A program made the translations under genes and the position numbers. Shown here one piece after another: positions 40,653-52,913 of a DNA stretch of 64,000 nt; within the stretch, counting starts at the first letter, position 1, and every line of letters begins with the position of its first letter. Origin of the DNA: a candidate division WOR-3 bacterium (GTDB lineage: Bacteria; Hydrothermota; Tepidihabitantia; Tepidihabitantales; Tepidihabitantaceae). The stretch covers positions 1 through 64,000 of the forward strand of contig CBFGKH010000003.1 of NCBI GenBank assembly GCA_965649295.1. Reading direction: 5' to 3'. The notes beneath the pieces are model-generated. The model was not told where the DNA came from. It did not search any database and worked only from the letters and a program-made list of their open reading frames with translations.

Positions 40653-41227
40653 GACAGTTGCTTCAAGACGTGAAATAGACGCTGAACCACCGTCAGCAGG
40701 GAGCCGGCAGCAATGACGCCGAGGGCAACCGGCATGTAACGGGTACCAAGGAAGAAAGCGCCAATCAGTAGCAAGACAACGCGCACCGGCCGCTCGAACC
40801 AGCCGACCCGGCACTCAAAACCAACCCCTTCGGCCCGCGCCCGAACATAACTCACCAGCAACGAAAATACCAATGCAAGAATCGCCAGCAACGCCGCCGG
40901 CTGACTGCGCGGCGCATAATACCACCACACTCCGCCCAGCACGACCGCTTCGCTCAGCCGGTCAACATTCGAATCGAGGAACGCGCCCTTGGCCGTGGCC
41001 TGCCCGGTCCGGCGCGAGAGCTCACCGTCAATACTGTCGCACAGCCCGCTGAGTAACGCCAACCAACCGGCAAGTAGAAAACGGCCAGTAGCAAAAGCCC
41101 AAGCCGTCAGCACGCTCAGGGGCAACGCCGTGAGTGTCACCGCATTTGGCGTCACACCCAGCCGCGCCAACGAATTGACAATCGGTCTCAGCAACCGACG
41201 GCCGCTATTCTTTGTCTTCTCGTTCAT
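40649..41227 (-). CDS. CDP-alcohol phosphatidyltransferase (PI/PIP synthase-like)
   Basis: TPN.VT, DSIDGELSR, GAFLD...DR, SYVRARAE, ERPVR. Confidence 0.9.
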   Translation of the reverse strand: MNEKTKNSGRRLLRPIVNSLARLGVTPNAVTLTALPLSVLTAWAFATGRFLLAGWLALLSGLCDSIDGELSRRTGQATAKGAFLDSNVDRLSEAVVLGGVWWYYAPRSQPAALLAILALVFSLLVSYVRARAEGVGFECRVGWFERPVRVVLLLIGAFFLGTRYMPVALGVIAAGSLLTVVQRLFHVLKQLS

Positions 41228-41924
41228 TCCCAGCCACAACCACGACTGTCTCGCCCAGTAGCTCACGATCGGCAAGCTGCTCACTGATACTTGCCAGGGT
41301 TCCGCGAATTACCTCCTCATATCGCTTGGTCAGCTCCCGACCAACAACTGCCCGTCGGTCTCCCCAGAGCTCAAGCATCTCCCCCAGAAGTCGTTTTACT
41401 CGCCGGGCTGACTCGCAGAATACCATGGTCCGCCTCTCGCCAACAAGGTCCAGCAGTCGCCGCCGCCGTCGGCCCTCTCGCTTCGGTAGAAAACCCTCGA
41501 ATGCGAAGCGGTCCGAAGGCAGCCCGGAAACCACCAACCCGGCCAGCAATGCCGAAGCGCCTGGAACCGGGACAACCGTCAGCCCGGCCTCAATCGCGGC
41601 CCGAATGAGATGAAAGCCTGGGTCCGAGATGCCGGGCGTACCCGCGTCGCTAACTAGAGCGACCCGTTTGCCATGCCGCAGCATCGTCAGCAGCTCGGGC
41701 GTGCGCCGCAACTTATTATAATCGTGATAGGACACCAGCCGGTTCTGCACTCGCAGTTGGCTTAGCAAAAGACCAGTCCGCCGCGTGTCCTCGCAGGCAA
41801 TGATGTCAACATCCCGCAGCACGTCGATGGCCCGCAGAGTGATGTCACCGAGATTACCGATAGGTGTCGAAACAACATAGAGACCGGCTGGCAGCGGAGT
41901 CGGATTCTTGTCGCCGGTGTTCAG
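41205..41924 (-). CDS. rsmI: 16S rRNA C1402 2'-O-methyltransferase
   Basis: LYVVSTPIGNLGDIT.RA (upstream of the ORF-track start), EDTR, SDAGTPGISDPG, RELTK; only CTG starts are available upstream. Confidence 0.95.
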   Translation of the reverse strand: MNTGDKNPTPLPAGLYVVSTPIGNLGDITLRAIDVLRDVDIIACEDTRRTGLLLSQLRVQNRLVSYHDYNKLRRTPELLTMLRHGKRVALVSDAGTPGISDPGFHLIRAAIEAGLTVVPVPGASALLAGLVVSGLPSDRFAFEGFLPKREGRRRRRLLDLVGERRTMVFCESARRVKRLLGEMLELWGDRRAVVGRELTKRYEEVIRGTLASISEQLADRELLGETVVVVAGNEREDKE

Positions 41925-41933
41925 TGGCCCGCC

Positions 41934-42404
41934 CTACAGATCGATAAACTCAACCCGATCGGTGGCAGTATCCAGCACCGCCACCGTGCTGCGGCCGGTC
42001 AGCCAGCCGGCCGCCTCGCCTGGATTGATGACTGTCGGTGTTCCTGGCTGGTGGCAGAGTTTGTGGGTATGGCCGTGTAACAGGTAGTCGCAGTCGCTCA
42101 CCACGATCGGCTGGTGGTTAACGACAAACTTCTTGCCGTCAAGTACGAAACGGTATGGCCCTTCGCTAATCGTGAAGCCGAATTGCTGAGCCCGTCCGCG
42201 TAAAGCTTGCCGGTCGCCATCACAGTTGCCAAAGACAACGCAAACCGGCATTGTCAGTCGGCTCATCTCGACCAGCACAAACTGAGCGACGATATCGCCG
42301 CAATGGACAACCTGGTCAAGGCCAAACGAGTTGAAGAGCTGAACCGCTTGCCGCACCCGATCGAGGTTATCGTGCGTGTCCGAAACGATACCGACGCGGC
42401 TCAC
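41934..42404 (-). CDS. Metallophosphoesterase, YfcE/MJ0936 family
   Basis: SDTHDN, HCGD, GNCD, HGHTH, NPG. Confidence 0.92.
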   Translation of the reverse strand: MSRVGIVSDTHDNLDRVRQAVQLFNSFGLDQVVHCGDIVAQFVLVEMSRLTMPVCVVFGNCDGDRQALRGRAQQFGFTISEGPYRFVLDGKKFVVNHQPIVVSDCDYLLHGHTHKLCHQPGTPTVINPGEAAGWLTGRSTVAVLDTATDRVEFIDL

Positions 42405-44170
42405 TGTAGTAAATCGCGGAGCGGCTCAAACCGCCGCAACCGAACCGGGTGACGAAGCTTCTTGAGCGCCTTAGCCTCAATCTGCCGTACCCGCTCGCGG
42501 GTGATGTTGAAAATCTGACCAACCTCTTCCAGTGTGCGCGGACAACCATCGCCGAGCCCGAAACGCAGCCGAAGCACCTTCTCCTCACGTTTTGTCAAGG
42601 CGGCAAGCGCCTCTTCGAGTTTCTCGCCAAGCAACGATACACCCGCTGCGTGTGAAGGCGATGCTGTCTTCTCGTCGTAGATGAAATCGCCGATAAAGCT
42701 TGTCTCATCATCATCGACGGGTTTGTCAAGCGAGACCCCGAACTGCGATATCTTAGTCAGCGCCTCAATCTTCTCCTTGGGTGTCGAAAGCCGTTGCGCC
42801 AGCTCTGCTACCGTCGCCTCTCGGCCGTAGAGCTGCATAAACTTGCGCTGGAGCTTGGCCACCTTGTTGATGGCATCAATGATATGTGCCGGGACGCGAA
42901 CGGTCCGTGACTGATCGGCAATCGCCCGCGTGATTGCCTGCTTGATCCACCAAGTCGCATAGGTCGAGAATTTGAACCCCTTACGGTAGTTGAACTTCTC
43001 AACTGCCTTGATCAGGCCGACGTTACCCTCCTCCAGCAGATCGGCAAACTCCAGTCCGCGATTGGCATAGCGCTTGGCGATTGATATCACCAACCGCACG
43101 TTACCCTCGATCATCTTGTCCCGGGCCGCAAGAATGCGACTTTCGCAGGCGGCGATTTCGTTCAGCACCTTCTTTATTTCATTCGTGTTACGGCCCAGGA
43201 ACGCCTGGCACTCCCGCAACTGCTGACGCAGCTTCTTGACTTCCTCGGTGTTCTCGCGGTTTTCGGCCCGCGCCTTCATGATCTCCCGCGCACACTCAAG
43301 CGCCGTCATGCCCTTCTGCTTGAACTCACCAATCAGGTTGTTGATTAGATGATGCTGCAGTGAGAGCGACTGCACCCGGGCGAAGACCTTCTTCTTGATC
43401 TCCCGGATCTGACGCGCAACCGCTGCCGTCTGCTTGCGTTTCTGCAGGCTCTCAATCCGATCCGCGTCGCGGCGAATCTCCTTGAGACAACGGACAAACC
43501 GCAAACGGTCTCGCCAGAGCGCCTTCTTGTCAAAGAGGCACTCGAACTCAACTCGGGCAATCTGGTCAAGCGACTTGGTGCCTTCTTCCACTGCCCAGCA
43601 TTCTTCGACCAGCCGTCGCATCATCGTCACCGGGTCGAACAGGTACTGGATTATGCTCTTGTACCCTTCCTCCATCTCTCGGGAATAGCGGATCTCCTCC
43701 TCCCGCGTCAGCAACGGTAGCTTGGAAAGCTCACGGAAATACGACTTAGTCGGATCCTCAGTCCGCTGGATAACCGGTTTCGGCCCCCTATGAAACGTCG
43801 CTGCACCCTGTTCCTCATCTCGCGATTCGGTCATCGTGATACCGTTGCGGGCGAGGTCCGCCACAAACTCTTCGAGTCGGTCTGTGGACATAAGAACCTC
43901 ATCGGGCACGAGGTCCTCAAGCTCATCGTAGGTTATGCGCTTCTCCCCGCCGGCCTTTGCATAAACTGTCTCCACCCATTCTGGCCGCTCACCCGGCAAT
44001 TCCTCACTCGGGGTTCGCTTCTCCTGCTCCCCGACTTTTGCCGACTTCCGGCCTCTGCGCTTTGTACCCTGCAATTTGGTCTTTGGCTCTTCCTTCACTA
44101 CCCGCAGCTCGTCACCAGCCGCCTTTTCCGCCTGCTGGCGCTGCCTGGTTGAACGCTTCTGTCGTTTCAT
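42401..44170 (-). CDS. rpoD: Primary sigma factor
   Basis: [44 protein letters not shown]; non-conserved-region insert. Confidence 0.97.
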   Translation of the reverse strand: MKRQKRSTRQRQQAEKAAGDELRVVKEEPKTKLQGTKRRGRKSAKVGEQEKRTPSEELPGERPEWVETVYAKAGGEKRITYDELEDLVPDEVLMSTDRLEEFVADLARNGITMTESRDEEQGAATFHRGPKPVIQRTEDPTKSYFRELSKLPLLTREEEIRYSREMEEGYKSIIQYLFDPVTMMRRLVEECWAVEEGTKSLDQIARVEFECLFDKKALWRDRLRFVRCLKEIRRDADRIESLQKRKQTAAVARQIREIKKKVFARVQSLSLQHHLINNLIGEFKQKGMTALECAREIMKARAENRENTEEVKKLRQQLRECQAFLGRNTNEIKKVLNEIAACESRILAARDKMIEGNVRLVISIAKRYANRGLEFADLLEEGNVGLIKAVEKFNYRKGFKFSTYATWWIKQAITRAIADQSRTVRVPAHIIDAINKVAKLQRKFMQLYGREATVAELAQRLSTPKEKIEALTKISQFGVSLDKPVDDDETSFIGDFIYDEKTASPSHAAGVSLLGEKLEEALAALTKREEKVLRLRFGLGDGCPRTLEEVGQIFNITRERVRQIEAKALKKLRHPVRLRRFEPLRDLLQ

Positions 44171-45837
44171 TGGCGGCTGCTCCTTTCTCTTGCAATCTCT
44201 CTCAACAGACTATGTCGCTCACTGGTCAAGACTGCGACCGCTCCATCATCGCCGGCGGCTGCTGCTGCCAGAATCCGACGGTGGAGCCAATTCGCTCGCG
44301 TTCGTCTGACCCGCTCGCGATACTCGGCGGGTGTCGGCAAGACCGACTCAGTGACCGTCCACGATGCAACCCGCCGGCGTAACTCGACGTCCTCAATCAG
44401 TTCAAGCACGGCGCCGGCGCCGAACGCCGGCCGATCACACTCTTCGAAAACAATTCGCAACACTTTTTGCAGATCAGGTTCGTTTATGACCTCCACCAAC
44501 ATATGCTCACGCGCGATTCGAGCCAACTCAGCATCCTGCACCGCGGCTGCCACTAATCTTTCCTCAATACGAGTAAGTCCCGTCGGCGGCCGCCGACTGG
44601 CTGCCACCGTAACCTTATCCATTACCAATACTGACTTATCGACGCCAAACCGCTTTGCAATCCGGTTTCGGTATAGCTCACGCGCCGCCGGGTCCGGTAT
44701 CAATCTCACCAAAGAGACCAGTTCCTGCAGAGCTGCCTTTTGCTCTGCAACCGCCTTCAAAGACCGGTTAGAGAGCAAATGGTCAACAAAATCATTGGCC
44801 TCGGCTACCGTCGCTGCGAAACGCTCCTTGCCGTGCTTGCGCACATAGCTGTCCGGGTCCTCACCCGCTGGCAACGTAACAATTCCCGGTTCGATGCCGG
44901 CTGCGAGCAGAACTGCTATCGCCCGCGCCGCTGCCTTGCGGCCAGCGGCATCACCATCAAACATTATGATAGCACGGTCATTGTAACGTCGCAATACCTG
45001 CGCCTGCTGTGGCGTGAGCGCAGTGCCTAGCGGGGCTACCACACTATTCAAACCGGCGTCAACGACCGAGAGCAGATCGAAATTGCCTTCCACGACAATC
45101 GGCACCTCGTTGCGGAGATACCCCTTAGCTTGAAACAGGCCGTAAAGGTTGTCGCCTTTACGGAATATCGGACTCTCCGGCGAGTTGAGGTACTTCGGTT
45201 CGGTCGCATCTAGCACCCGACCACCAAAGGCAATAACTCGGCCTGAAAGGGAGAATACCGGAAACATCAACCGGTCATAGAAATAGTCAGCGAGCCCGTT
45301 ATCGCGCACGGCCAGCAGACCGGCCTGCACGAGTACATCTTCTGACCACCCCTTTCGCTTAGCCTCTCCCCGCAGCCTGTTCCCCCCTGGTGCGAAACCA
45401 AGCCGAAAGCGCCGAACTGTCTCCACGCCTAGCCCGCGTCGCTTGAGATACTCCTGCGCCGCGGTGCTTCGACCCAGCTGCTGTTCGTAGAACTGACACG
45501 CTAGTTCGCAAACATCATACAAGGCCTGACTCCGGTCACTAGGCTTATCTGACTCAACCCTGATGCCCAGTCGTTTGCCTAGGAACTTGACCGCTTCCGG
45601 GAACTCCAGTTTCTCAATGGCCATAACAAAATTGATCACACTCCCACCGGCTCCACAGCCAAAACAATGATAGGTCTGGCGTTCCGGGTTCACATAGAAC
45701 GACGGCGATCGCTCAGTATGAAAAGGACAGAGCCCACGCCAGTTACGGCCCACTTTCTTCAAAGCCACGTAACCCGAGACAAGCTCAACAATATCAGTCC
45801 CGGTCCTAACCTGTTCAATCACCTCTGGTTTAATCAT
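44167..45837 (-). CDS. dnaG: DNA primase
   Basis: CPFH...CFGC zinc domain, FGGR, KYLNSPE, VEG, FDGD.AG, DPD. Confidence 0.97.
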   Translation of the reverse strand: MIKPEVIEQVRTGTDIVELVSGYVALKKVGRNWRGLCPFHTERSPSFYVNPERQTYHCFGCGAGGSVINFVMAIEKLEFPEAVKFLGKRLGIRVESDKPSDRSQALYDVCELACQFYEQQLGRSTAAQEYLKRRGLGVETVRRFRLGFAPGGNRLRGEAKRKGWSEDVLVQAGLLAVRDNGLADYFYDRLMFPVFSLSGRVIAFGGRVLDATEPKYLNSPESPIFRKGDNLYGLFQAKGYLRNEVPIVVEGNFDLLSVVDAGLNSVVAPLGTALTPQQAQVLRRYNDRAIIMFDGDAAGRKAAARAIAVLLAAGIEPGIVTLPAGEDPDSYVRKHGKERFAATVAEANDFVDHLLSNRSLKAVAEQKAALQELVSLVRLIPDPAARELYRNRIAKRFGVDKSVLVMDKVTVAASRRPPTGLTRIEERLVAAAVQDAELARIAREHMLVEVINEPDLQKVLRIVFEECDRPAFGAGAVLELIEDVELRRRVASWTVTESVLPTPAEYRERVRRTRANWLHRRILAAAAAGDDGAVAVLTSERHSLLREIARERSSRQ

Positions 45838-48170
45838 GCCCTTAACCTAATGACGCTTACCCCACCGCCGCCCTGCGCAGGTTCAGCTAGCCGCACCTCT
45901 TCAACCCGCCCATCTGCACGGCAAAGCTGCCAGACCATTCTCCGTAGCACCCCCGCCCCCTTCCCGTGCAGCACCCACAGTTCACGTGCGCCACAGACAG
46001 CAGCATCATCAAGGAAACGCCGGACTGCAATCTCGGCATCATCACGCGTCATCCCGATTATCTTCAGATGGGGATCGAAACTGTATGAATCATCCCCCGC
46101 CGCCGGCTCAAGACTCACCGTGCTGCTCTTTGGTACCGGAGTGAGGTCTGTTCGTCTGAGCTGCATACGAATCTGACCGAAGACAACATCAGCAGTCTCG
46201 CTGCCCAGCTCGACAACAACCCCCTGCCGCTGTAACATGCGCGACCAGACACTGTCGCCGACAGCAATCTTGTCGTTCTCACCCGATTCGGTGTTTGCTG
46301 GTTCACCTGCTGACGCAATTGCCCGCAGTCCATCCTCGACAGCCCGCTTAGCCGCAACGACACTGTTTCGGTCGGCCTGTTGCTCTTTGATCTGCCGCAC
46401 CAAGTTCTCAACCTCCCGTCGCTTCGCCAATAGGAAATGTTCCTGTTCGCTCCGCATTCGCTCGTGCTCGGCCGCGAGGGCACGCTTAGCCGACGCAACT
46501 TTCTCTTCGAGCTCGTGTCGGGATTGCCGGGCTGATGCCAGCTCCTGCTCAGCCAGCCGCCGCGCTGCTTGCGCTCTAGTCAGTTCTTCGTCTAGCGCCC
46601 GCAACTTGGCGGCAAGGTCAAACCATTCGTGGCCGATACGTTGTCGGGCTCGTTCCAAGACCGTATCAGGCATCCCAGCCGCAGCCGCTATTTCGAATGC
46701 ACTCGACTCACCAGGAAAACCCATCCGCAACCGATAGGTTGGTCCGTACGACTGTTTGCCGTCCCGACACTTGATCGTTCCCCACTCCATCGCCGCATTG
46801 ACCATTCCGGGCTGATCCTGCACAAACACCTTCAACGCTCCAAAGTGAGTCGTTACGACTGACCGCACGCCCCGGTCACGAAGGACCTCAAGCACCGCAC
46901 TAGCCAGTGCAGCGCCTTCCTCCGGCGCAGTTGATGCACCTATTTCGTCAATCAACACTAGGCTGCTGGACTCGGCTCGCTTCAGTATCTCTTTCAATCG
47001 CCCAATGTGAGCAGTAAACGAGGAAAGACCAGTATCGAGCGACTGCTCGTCACCGATGTCAGCAAAGACAGCACCAAATACTGGTAGCTTCGTACCAGTC
47101 CGCGCTGGCAGGTACATTCCGCTTCCGAGCATCAAACTAAATAGCCCCAGCGTCTTCAGCACGACAGTCTTGCCACCGGCATTCGGTCCGGATATCAGCA
47201 CCACGCTGGCGTCATCGGGAAAGCGAAAACGAAGCGGTACAACAGCAACACCCATATGTTCAAGCAAAGGGTGCCGACCATCAACAATCTCAATGCTACC
47301 ATCGGCGGCTATCTCTGGCCGGCAGCAGTCAAATCGAACGGCGAACCGACGTTTGGCAACAAGCAAGTCAAGTTCAGCTACGGCGGCCAGCGCTGTCGTC
47401 AACCGATCTGCCTCGGCGGCAACCGACCGGGACAGCCCCCGAAGAATGCGAGCCACTTCCTCACCCTCGGCATCCTTCAGCTCTTGGAATTCGTTCCCGT
47501 CATTGACAAGTGTCAGCGGTTCGACATACAGAGTCTGACCAGTGCCCGAACTTCCGTGGACGACGCCACGAACGCGGGTGCGATGTTCGAGCCGCAGTGG
47601 CAGCACCAGCCTTTCACCCCGCAACGCCACCCCGCCGCTAAACCATTCTGGATGTTCACTAACGATGCGCTCCAGTTCCTTGACAAGTTTGGCCCGTTTG
47701 CGACGTAGGCTGCTACGGATGGTCGCTAGCTCAGTTGATGCACTGTCCAGTACATCTCCATTGTCATCAAGCGCGTTGCTAAGTGTCGTCTCAAGATCAA
47801 TTGGCGACGGCATAGCCCGAACCAGATCGTCAATTGCGGCCAGTACCGCCCGGTGGCGCCGGAGAAACTCGCTGCACCGTCGCAATCCCCGACACGTCCG
47901 TAGTACCTTGAGCAACTCTGGGCCACTCAGGACACCCTGCACCCGTAGCACATCCAGTAACGGCCTGATGTCATTAACTTCGGCCAGCGGTGGCTCTTCG
48001 GGAAGTTCAGTTACGGCAGTCAGACGAGCAAGTGCGGTCACAACCGTTGCCTGCTCGCTGCTGGGCACCAGGGCTAGCGCCCGCTCGCGGCCACAATCGG
48101 TCGTGCAGAAACCGGCTAGCAGCTCTCGGATACGAGGCCAGCCCAGTGCCTCTAAAGTATGAGCGTCCAT
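45834..48170 (-). CDS. mutS2: MutS2 with C-terminal Smr domain
   Basis: SGPNAGGKT, DIGDEQS, SSFTAH, DE, TTH, HGKG.G Smr. Confidence 0.95.
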   Translation of the reverse strand: MDAHTLEALGWPRIRELLAGFCTTDCGRERALALVPSSEQATVVTALARLTAVTELPEEPPLAEVNDIRPLLDVLRVQGVLSGPELLKVLRTCRGLRRCSEFLRRHRAVLAAIDDLVRAMPSPIDLETTLSNALDDNGDVLDSASTELATIRSSLRRKRAKLVKELERIVSEHPEWFSGGVALRGERLVLPLRLEHRTRVRGVVHGSSGTGQTLYVEPLTLVNDGNEFQELKDAEGEEVARILRGLSRSVAAEADRLTTALAAVAELDLLVAKRRFAVRFDCCRPEIAADGSIEIVDGRHPLLEHMGVAVVPLRFRFPDDASVVLISGPNAGGKTVVLKTLGLFSLMLGSGMYLPARTGTKLPVFGAVFADIGDEQSLDTGLSSFTAHIGRLKEILKRAESSSLVLIDEIGASTAPEEGAALASAVLEVLRDRGVRSVVTTHFGALKVFVQDQPGMVNAAMEWGTIKCRDGKQSYGPTYRLRMGFPGESSAFEIAAAAGMPDTVLERARQRIGHEWFDLAAKLRALDEELTRAQAARRLAEQELASARQSRHELEEKVASAKRALAAEHERMRSEQEHFLLAKRREVENLVRQIKEQQADRNSVVAAKRAVEDGLRAIASAGEPANTESGENDKIAVGDSVWSRMLQRQGVVVELGSETADVVFGQIRMQLRRTDLTPVPKSSTVSLEPAAGDDSYSFDPHLKIIGMTRDDAEIAVRRFLDDAAVCGARELWVLHGKGAGVLRRMVWQLCRADGRVEEVRLAEPAQGGGGVSVIRLRA

Positions 48171-48208
48171 CGTGTAGCTTCTGCTGCTACCCGACTGAAC
48201 CGGCGTCG

Positions 48209-48400
48209 CTAGTCCTGGTTGCGCCGCCGATGCGACCTTCGTCGTGCTTCCGCTAACTTCCGTTTGCGTCTTTCGCTCGGCTTCTCGTAGAACTCACGCC
48301 GTTTCAACTCACGCAAGATCCCGGCGTTTTCACAGGCGCGCCGAAACCGGCGAATGAAACTCTCATACGATTCGCCTTCTTTCACGGTAATACCGACCAT
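48209..48400 (-). CDS. rpsU: 30S ribosomal protein S21
   Basis: RRFRR, REFYEKPS; GGAGG RBS. Confidence 0.95.
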   Translation of the reverse strand: MVGITVKEGESYESFIRRFRRACENAGILRELKRREFYEKPSERRKRKLAEARRRSHRRRNQD

Positions 48401-49170
48401 GCCTCGTTAGCACCTCCTTTCATGGCATCTTGACGGACACTTTGACCACCCAAATCGCCTAGGAGCTGCAGCGCACTCGAGACCACGGCGGTTGCCGCGG
48501 TCTCGGCCCTCAGCCTTCTGGGCCCAAGAGAAAACGGACTAACACCTGCTGACTTCAGCACCTGTACTTCTTCCGGGGTGAAACCACCCTCAGGTCCTAC
48601 TACCAGCAGCAGACTTCGGATTCGGGAATCAAGCACATCCCCCAGCCCGGTCTTGCATTCCTCTTCTTCATAGGCGACTAGCGCTTGGTCGAACTCAGCC
48701 ATCCGTGTTATCAGTCTAGCAATATCATGCGGCGGTTCAATTATCGGCAGCACGGCACGAGCACAGGACTTCATCGCCGCCAGCGCAACTGCCCGCAAAC
48801 GCTCCAATCTGACCCCGCTCAACCTACCTATCGTCCGTTCGGTGCGCAGCGGGATGAAACGACTAATACCCAACTCAGTGGCCTGCTCGCAGGCTAGCGC
48901 CAACCTATCTCCCTTTAGCACTGCCATCGCTAGCGTAAGCTGATGCTGCGGTTCACGTCTGCCTTTTGCCGCAAACACGACTCGACCAACGACCCTGGTC
49001 GGATGTGTCGTCACTAGCTCAACTCCGTACTCATTGCCAGCTCCATCCACGACTGTAACTCGGTCTCCAGGTCGATGCCGCATGACCAGGCTGATGTGTC
49101 TGGCCTCGGGGCCGACAATTACTATTCGTCCGTCATCCGGGCTATGCGGGCTGTAGTAATATTCACTCAT
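48382..49170 (-). CDS. rsmE: 16S rRNA m3U1498 methyltransferase
   Basis: H...VMR, ATELG, GPEGGF, LG.R.LRAETA. Confidence 0.95.
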   Translation of the reverse strand: MSEYYYSPHSPDDGRIVIVGPEARHISLVMRHRPGDRVTVVDGAGNEYGVELVTTHPTRVVGRVVFAAKGRREPQHQLTLAMAVLKGDRLALACEQATELGISRFIPLRTERTIGRLSGVRLERLRAVALAAMKSCARAVLPIIEPPHDIARLITRMAEFDQALVAYEEEECKTGLGDVLDSRIRSLLLVVGPEGGFTPEEVQVLKSAGVSPFSLGPRRLRAETAATAVVSSALQLLGDLGGQSVRQDAMKGGANEAWSVLP

Positions 49171-50294
49171 GACGGTCGGCGCGGCCCAGGCAGCGGCTCA
49201 CTTCTTGATTCTTCCAGCTTCCTGAGCAGGTTCTTCTCTTCGCGCGACAATCGGTGGGGAGTATGGACAACAACGCGCACGAGCTCATCGCCAACTCCAC
49301 CCTCGAGGTGTCTGATTCCGGCACCGCGGATCCGCAGAATCGTTCCAGACTGGGTGCCAGCCGGTATCTCCAAGTCCTTTTCTCCCTTGAGCGTCGGTAC
49401 CTTCACTCGACCGCCGAGCGCTGCTGTTGCTATCGATATCGGCAATTCGGTCACAATATCGTCACCCCGACGCAAGAAAAGCGGATGCTCTTTCTCTTCG
49501 ATCTCAACGATGACATCGCCTTTCCCGCCAGGACCAAAATGGCCCTCGTTACGTAGCGGCAGGTAATTACCACTCGCCACCCCCGCCGGAATTCGCACTC
49601 TCAGGGTCCGCTGTTTGCGGACACGACCGGTAGCGTCACACTTGCGACAAGGTTCCTTGACTCTACTTCCCTCACCACCGCAGGCTGGACAGCTTGTGAG
49701 CTGGATGAATTGCCCAAAGAATGAGCTTGAACGCCGCTGCACCTGTCCCTGCCCCTGACACGTTGGACAGACCTGACGACCGGTTCCACCCTGACCCGAG
49801 CAGTCTGGACAGGCCTCGTAACGAAAGAAACTAATCTCTTTGGTAACCGAATCGGCGATCTCCTCAAGCGTAAGGGACACTTTGATTCTAACGTCACCAC
49901 CCCGGGAACGACCCCGAGACCGGGTTGGGCTGCCAAACAGTAGGTCAATCAGGCTGGTCCCGGCACCAAACCCGTGAAGTATGTCACCAAAGATGTCGGC
50001 CAGGTCATCGGTATGGGTGAAGTCACGACGAAAGTCAAACCCGCCTGGCCCAAACCGACCCGAAACACCCTCGTGGCCATAGGTATCGTACAGCCGCCGC
50101 TTTTCGCTATCGGCCAGCACCTCATAAGCCTCAGAAAGCTCCTTGAATTTCTCCTCGGCCTCGGCTCGATTGTCAGGGTTTCGATCCGGATGGTATTCCT
50201 TTGCTAGGCGCCGGTAGGCCGACTTTATTTCGTCGGCAGTAGCCTCACGACCTACTCCGAGTACTTCGTAGTAGTCGCGCTTAGTCAGGGGCAT
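49167..50294 (-). CDS. dnaJ: Chaperone DnaJ
   Basis: DYYEVLG, HPD, G/F region, four CxxCxGxG-type repeats. Confidence 0.97.
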   Translation of the reverse strand: MPLTKRDYYEVLGVGREATADEIKSAYRRLAKEYHPDRNPDNRAEAEEKFKELSEAYEVLADSEKRRLYDTYGHEGVSGRFGPGGFDFRRDFTHTDDLADIFGDILHGFGAGTSLIDLLFGSPTRSRGRSRGGDVRIKVSLTLEEIADSVTKEISFFRYEACPDCSGQGGTGRQVCPTCQGQGQVQRRSSSFFGQFIQLTSCPACGGEGSRVKEPCRKCDATGRVRKQRTLRVRIPAGVASGNYLPLRNEGHFGPGGKGDVIVEIEEKEHPLFLRRGDDIVTELPISIATAALGGRVKVPTLKGEKDLEIPAGTQSGTILRIRGAGIRHLEGGVGDELVRVVVHTPHRLSREEKNLLRKLEESRSEPLPGPRRPS

Positions 50295-50375
50295 TGCTCA
50301 ATACAAAGCCCAAACGACGCCGACCCCGCGCGCTAGGCGCAGGGCAGCAACCGTGGGGTTCTTGTCTAATCTGCG

Positions 50376-52274
50376 CTACTTCTTATCCTCGTCCACTACC
50401 GTGTAATCGGCATCAACCTTCTTGCCGGTCTCGGACTGGGGTCCGGCCGACGAATCAGCCTGCTTCTGCTGTCCGGCTTCCTTCTGCCGGTACATCTCTT
50501 CGGCTAGCTTGTAGCTGACTTTCTGCAGTCCCTCGATTGCCGAATCAATTGCCGCTTTGTCCTCACCCTTAAGGGTCTGCCGCAAGTTAGCAATTGCGTC
50601 CTCGACTGCTTTCTTGTCAGCCGCAGTAATCTTGTCGCCGAACTCTTTCAGGGTTTTCTCGGTCTGGTAGATTAGAGTATCAGCCCGGTTGCGACTGTCA
50701 ACAAGCTCACGTCGCCTTCTATCTTCAGCGGCATGCGCCTGGGCATCACTTACCATCCGATCAACCTCTTCTTTAGAAAGCCCAGACGAAGCTGTTATCT
50801 TGATACTCTGTTCTTTACCGGTAGCCCGGTCCTTGGCAGTGACGTGTAGTATCCCATCAGCGTCTATATCGAACGTCACTTCAATCTGGGGGATACCCCG
50901 CGGTGCTGGCGGGATGCCTGACAGTTCGAATCGGCCGAGCGTCCGGTTATCGCTCGCCATCTCCCGCTCGCCCTGTAGCACGTGGACGGTCACTGCCGGC
51001 TGGTTGTCCTCGGCCGTGGTAAAAACCTGGCTCTTACGTGTTGGAATCGTCGTGTTGCGTTCGATAATCTTCGTCATCACGCCGCCCAGTGTCTCAATCC
51101 CAAGCGATAGCGGCGTGACATCAAGCAACACAACATCCTTCACCTCTCCAGCCAGCACTGCACCCTGAATCGCTGCGCCAATTGCGACAACTTCATCGGG
51201 ATTGATGCCCTTATGTGGCTCTTTGCCGAAGAAGTCCCTCACCAGTTGCTGTACCCTCGGCATCCGCGTCTGACCACCAACCAAGATGACTTCATCAATC
51301 TCACGGGGAGTGACTTTGGCATCAGTCAGCGCCTGCTTAACCGGCCCCAACGTGCGCTGCACGAGGTCCTCAACCAACGATTCGAGTTTCGACCGGGTAA
51401 GTCGCAGATCAATGTGCAGCGGCCCTTTCTTTTCATCTGACCAAATGAACGGCAGTGATATCGTCGTCTCGAGTGAAGTGGATAGCTCACATTTGGCCTT
51501 CTCAGCCGCCTCCTTGATTCGCTGCAACGCGGTCTTGTCCTTGGCTAGATCAATACCGTGCTCGTTGCGAAACTCGGCAATGATCCAGTCCATCACCCGC
51601 TGGTCAAAGTCATCGCCACCAAGATGGGTATCGCCGTTGGTTGACTTGACTTCGAATACGCCATCGCCGATCTCAAGAATGGATATGTCGAACGTCCCGC
51701 CACCAAGGTCGTAGATGGCGATTCGCTCTGACTTCTTTTTGTCTAGGCCGTAGGCAAGTGCAGCCGCCGTCGGCTCATTGATGATTCGAAGCACATCCAG
51801 GCCAGCAATCTTGCCCGCGTCCTTGGTCGCCTGACGCTGCGAGTCGTTAAAGTAAGCCGGCACTGTAATGACAGCCTTAGTCACTGCTTCACCAAGATAA
51901 GCCTCGGCCGACTTCTTGAGGTATTGCAGAATCATCGCCGACACTTCTGGCGGCGACAGCTTCTTGCCATCAACCTCAACCCAAGCATCGCCGTTATCAG
52001 CCGGCACGACACGATATGGCACACGCTTTGCCTCGTCGGTCACCTCGCTCGCCCGCCGGCCCATAAACCGCTTAATAGAGTAGATTGTCGATTGCGGATT
52101 GATCACTGCCTGACGCTTAGCAAGCGTACCCACCAAACGCTCCTTACCCAGCGCCACTACTGACGGTGTCGTTCTACCGCCTTCCGGATTCGGAATAACC
52201 ACCGGTTGGCCGCGTTCCATCACCGCCACACAAGAGAACGTAGTTCCCAAGTCTATGCCAATGACCTTTGCCAT
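50376..52274 (-). CDS. dnaK: Chaperone DnaK
   Basis: [33 protein letters not shown] 52274 after AGGAGG. Confidence 0.99.
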   Translation of the reverse strand: MAKVIGIDLGTTFSCVAVMERGQPVVIPNPEGGRTTPSVVALGKERLVGTLAKRQAVINPQSTIYSIKRFMGRRASEVTDEAKRVPYRVVPADNGDAWVEVDGKKLSPPEVSAMILQYLKKSAEAYLGEAVTKAVITVPAYFNDSQRQATKDAGKIAGLDVLRIINEPTAAALAYGLDKKKSERIAIYDLGGGTFDISILEIGDGVFEVKSTNGDTHLGGDDFDQRVMDWIIAEFRNEHGIDLAKDKTALQRIKEAAEKAKCELSTSLETTISLPFIWSDEKKGPLHIDLRLTRSKLESLVEDLVQRTLGPVKQALTDAKVTPREIDEVILVGGQTRMPRVQQLVRDFFGKEPHKGINPDEVVAIGAAIQGAVLAGEVKDVVLLDVTPLSLGIETLGGVMTKIIERNTTIPTRKSQVFTTAEDNQPAVTVHVLQGEREMASDNRTLGRFELSGIPPAPRGIPQIEVTFDIDADGILHVTAKDRATGKEQSIKITASSGLSKEEVDRMVSDAQAHAAEDRRRRELVDSRNRADTLIYQTEKTLKEFGDKITAADKKAVEDAIANLRQTLKGEDKAAIDSAIEGLQKVSYKLAEEMYRQKEAGQQKQADSSAGPQSETGKKVDADYTVVDEDKK

Positions 52275-52312
52275 ATCAGTCCTCCTACTCGACTGGCTGC
52301 CGCCGGCAGCCA

Positions 52313-52858
52313 TCAATTAGTAACAATCTCACCCTCTGACAACTGCGGCTTGTCTCCGTCAGTCGCCGCTTCAGTTGCTCGCGCCACAATCACCCGTGCT
52401 GGCCTGATAACCCGACCGGCGCATTCGTACCCTTTGCACGCCTCACTAACGACTGTGTTCGGCAGGTGCTCACCGGCCGGCACGTGCCCAATTGCCTCGG
52501 CCCGGCGCGGGTCAAACTGCTCACCCAGGCAGCTATACTCGCAGACTCCGTGCCGCGCCAGCACATCACGCAACTGGCGGTGAATGAGCTCTACGCCCTT
52601 CCAGAAACTACTGTCTCTATCCGCGCCAGTCGCTTGCATTGCCCGATCAAAATTGTCCAGAACCGGTACCAAGTCCCTCACAAGAGCCTCAAGCGCCGCT
52701 TTGTTACTGATTTCGATGTCACGTTCCACCCGTCGTCGATAGTTGTCGAAATCGGCCAAAGCACGCAAATAGTCCTGTTTCAGGACTTTGGCCTCTTCGG
52801 CCAAACGTTCAGCCTCTCTGCGAAGTTTGGTTACCGGCCCAACGGGTTCGTTACTCAT
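52313..52858 (-). CDS. grpE: Nucleotide exchange factor GrpE
   Basis: [30 protein letters not shown]. Confidence 0.95.
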   Translation of the reverse strand: MSNEPVGPVTKLRREAERLAEEAKVLKQDYLRALADFDNYRRRVERDIEISNKAALEALVRDLVPVLDNFDRAMQATGADRDSSFWKGVELIHRQLRDVLARHGVCEYSCLGEQFDPRRAEAIGHVPAGEHLPNTVVSEACKGYECAGRVIRPARVIVARATEAATDGDKPQLSEGEIVTN

Positions 52859-52913
52859 ATTCAATCATAAGGTTAGACATTGCAGATAGATAGTGGGATT
52901 CGGCCAATCAGTC

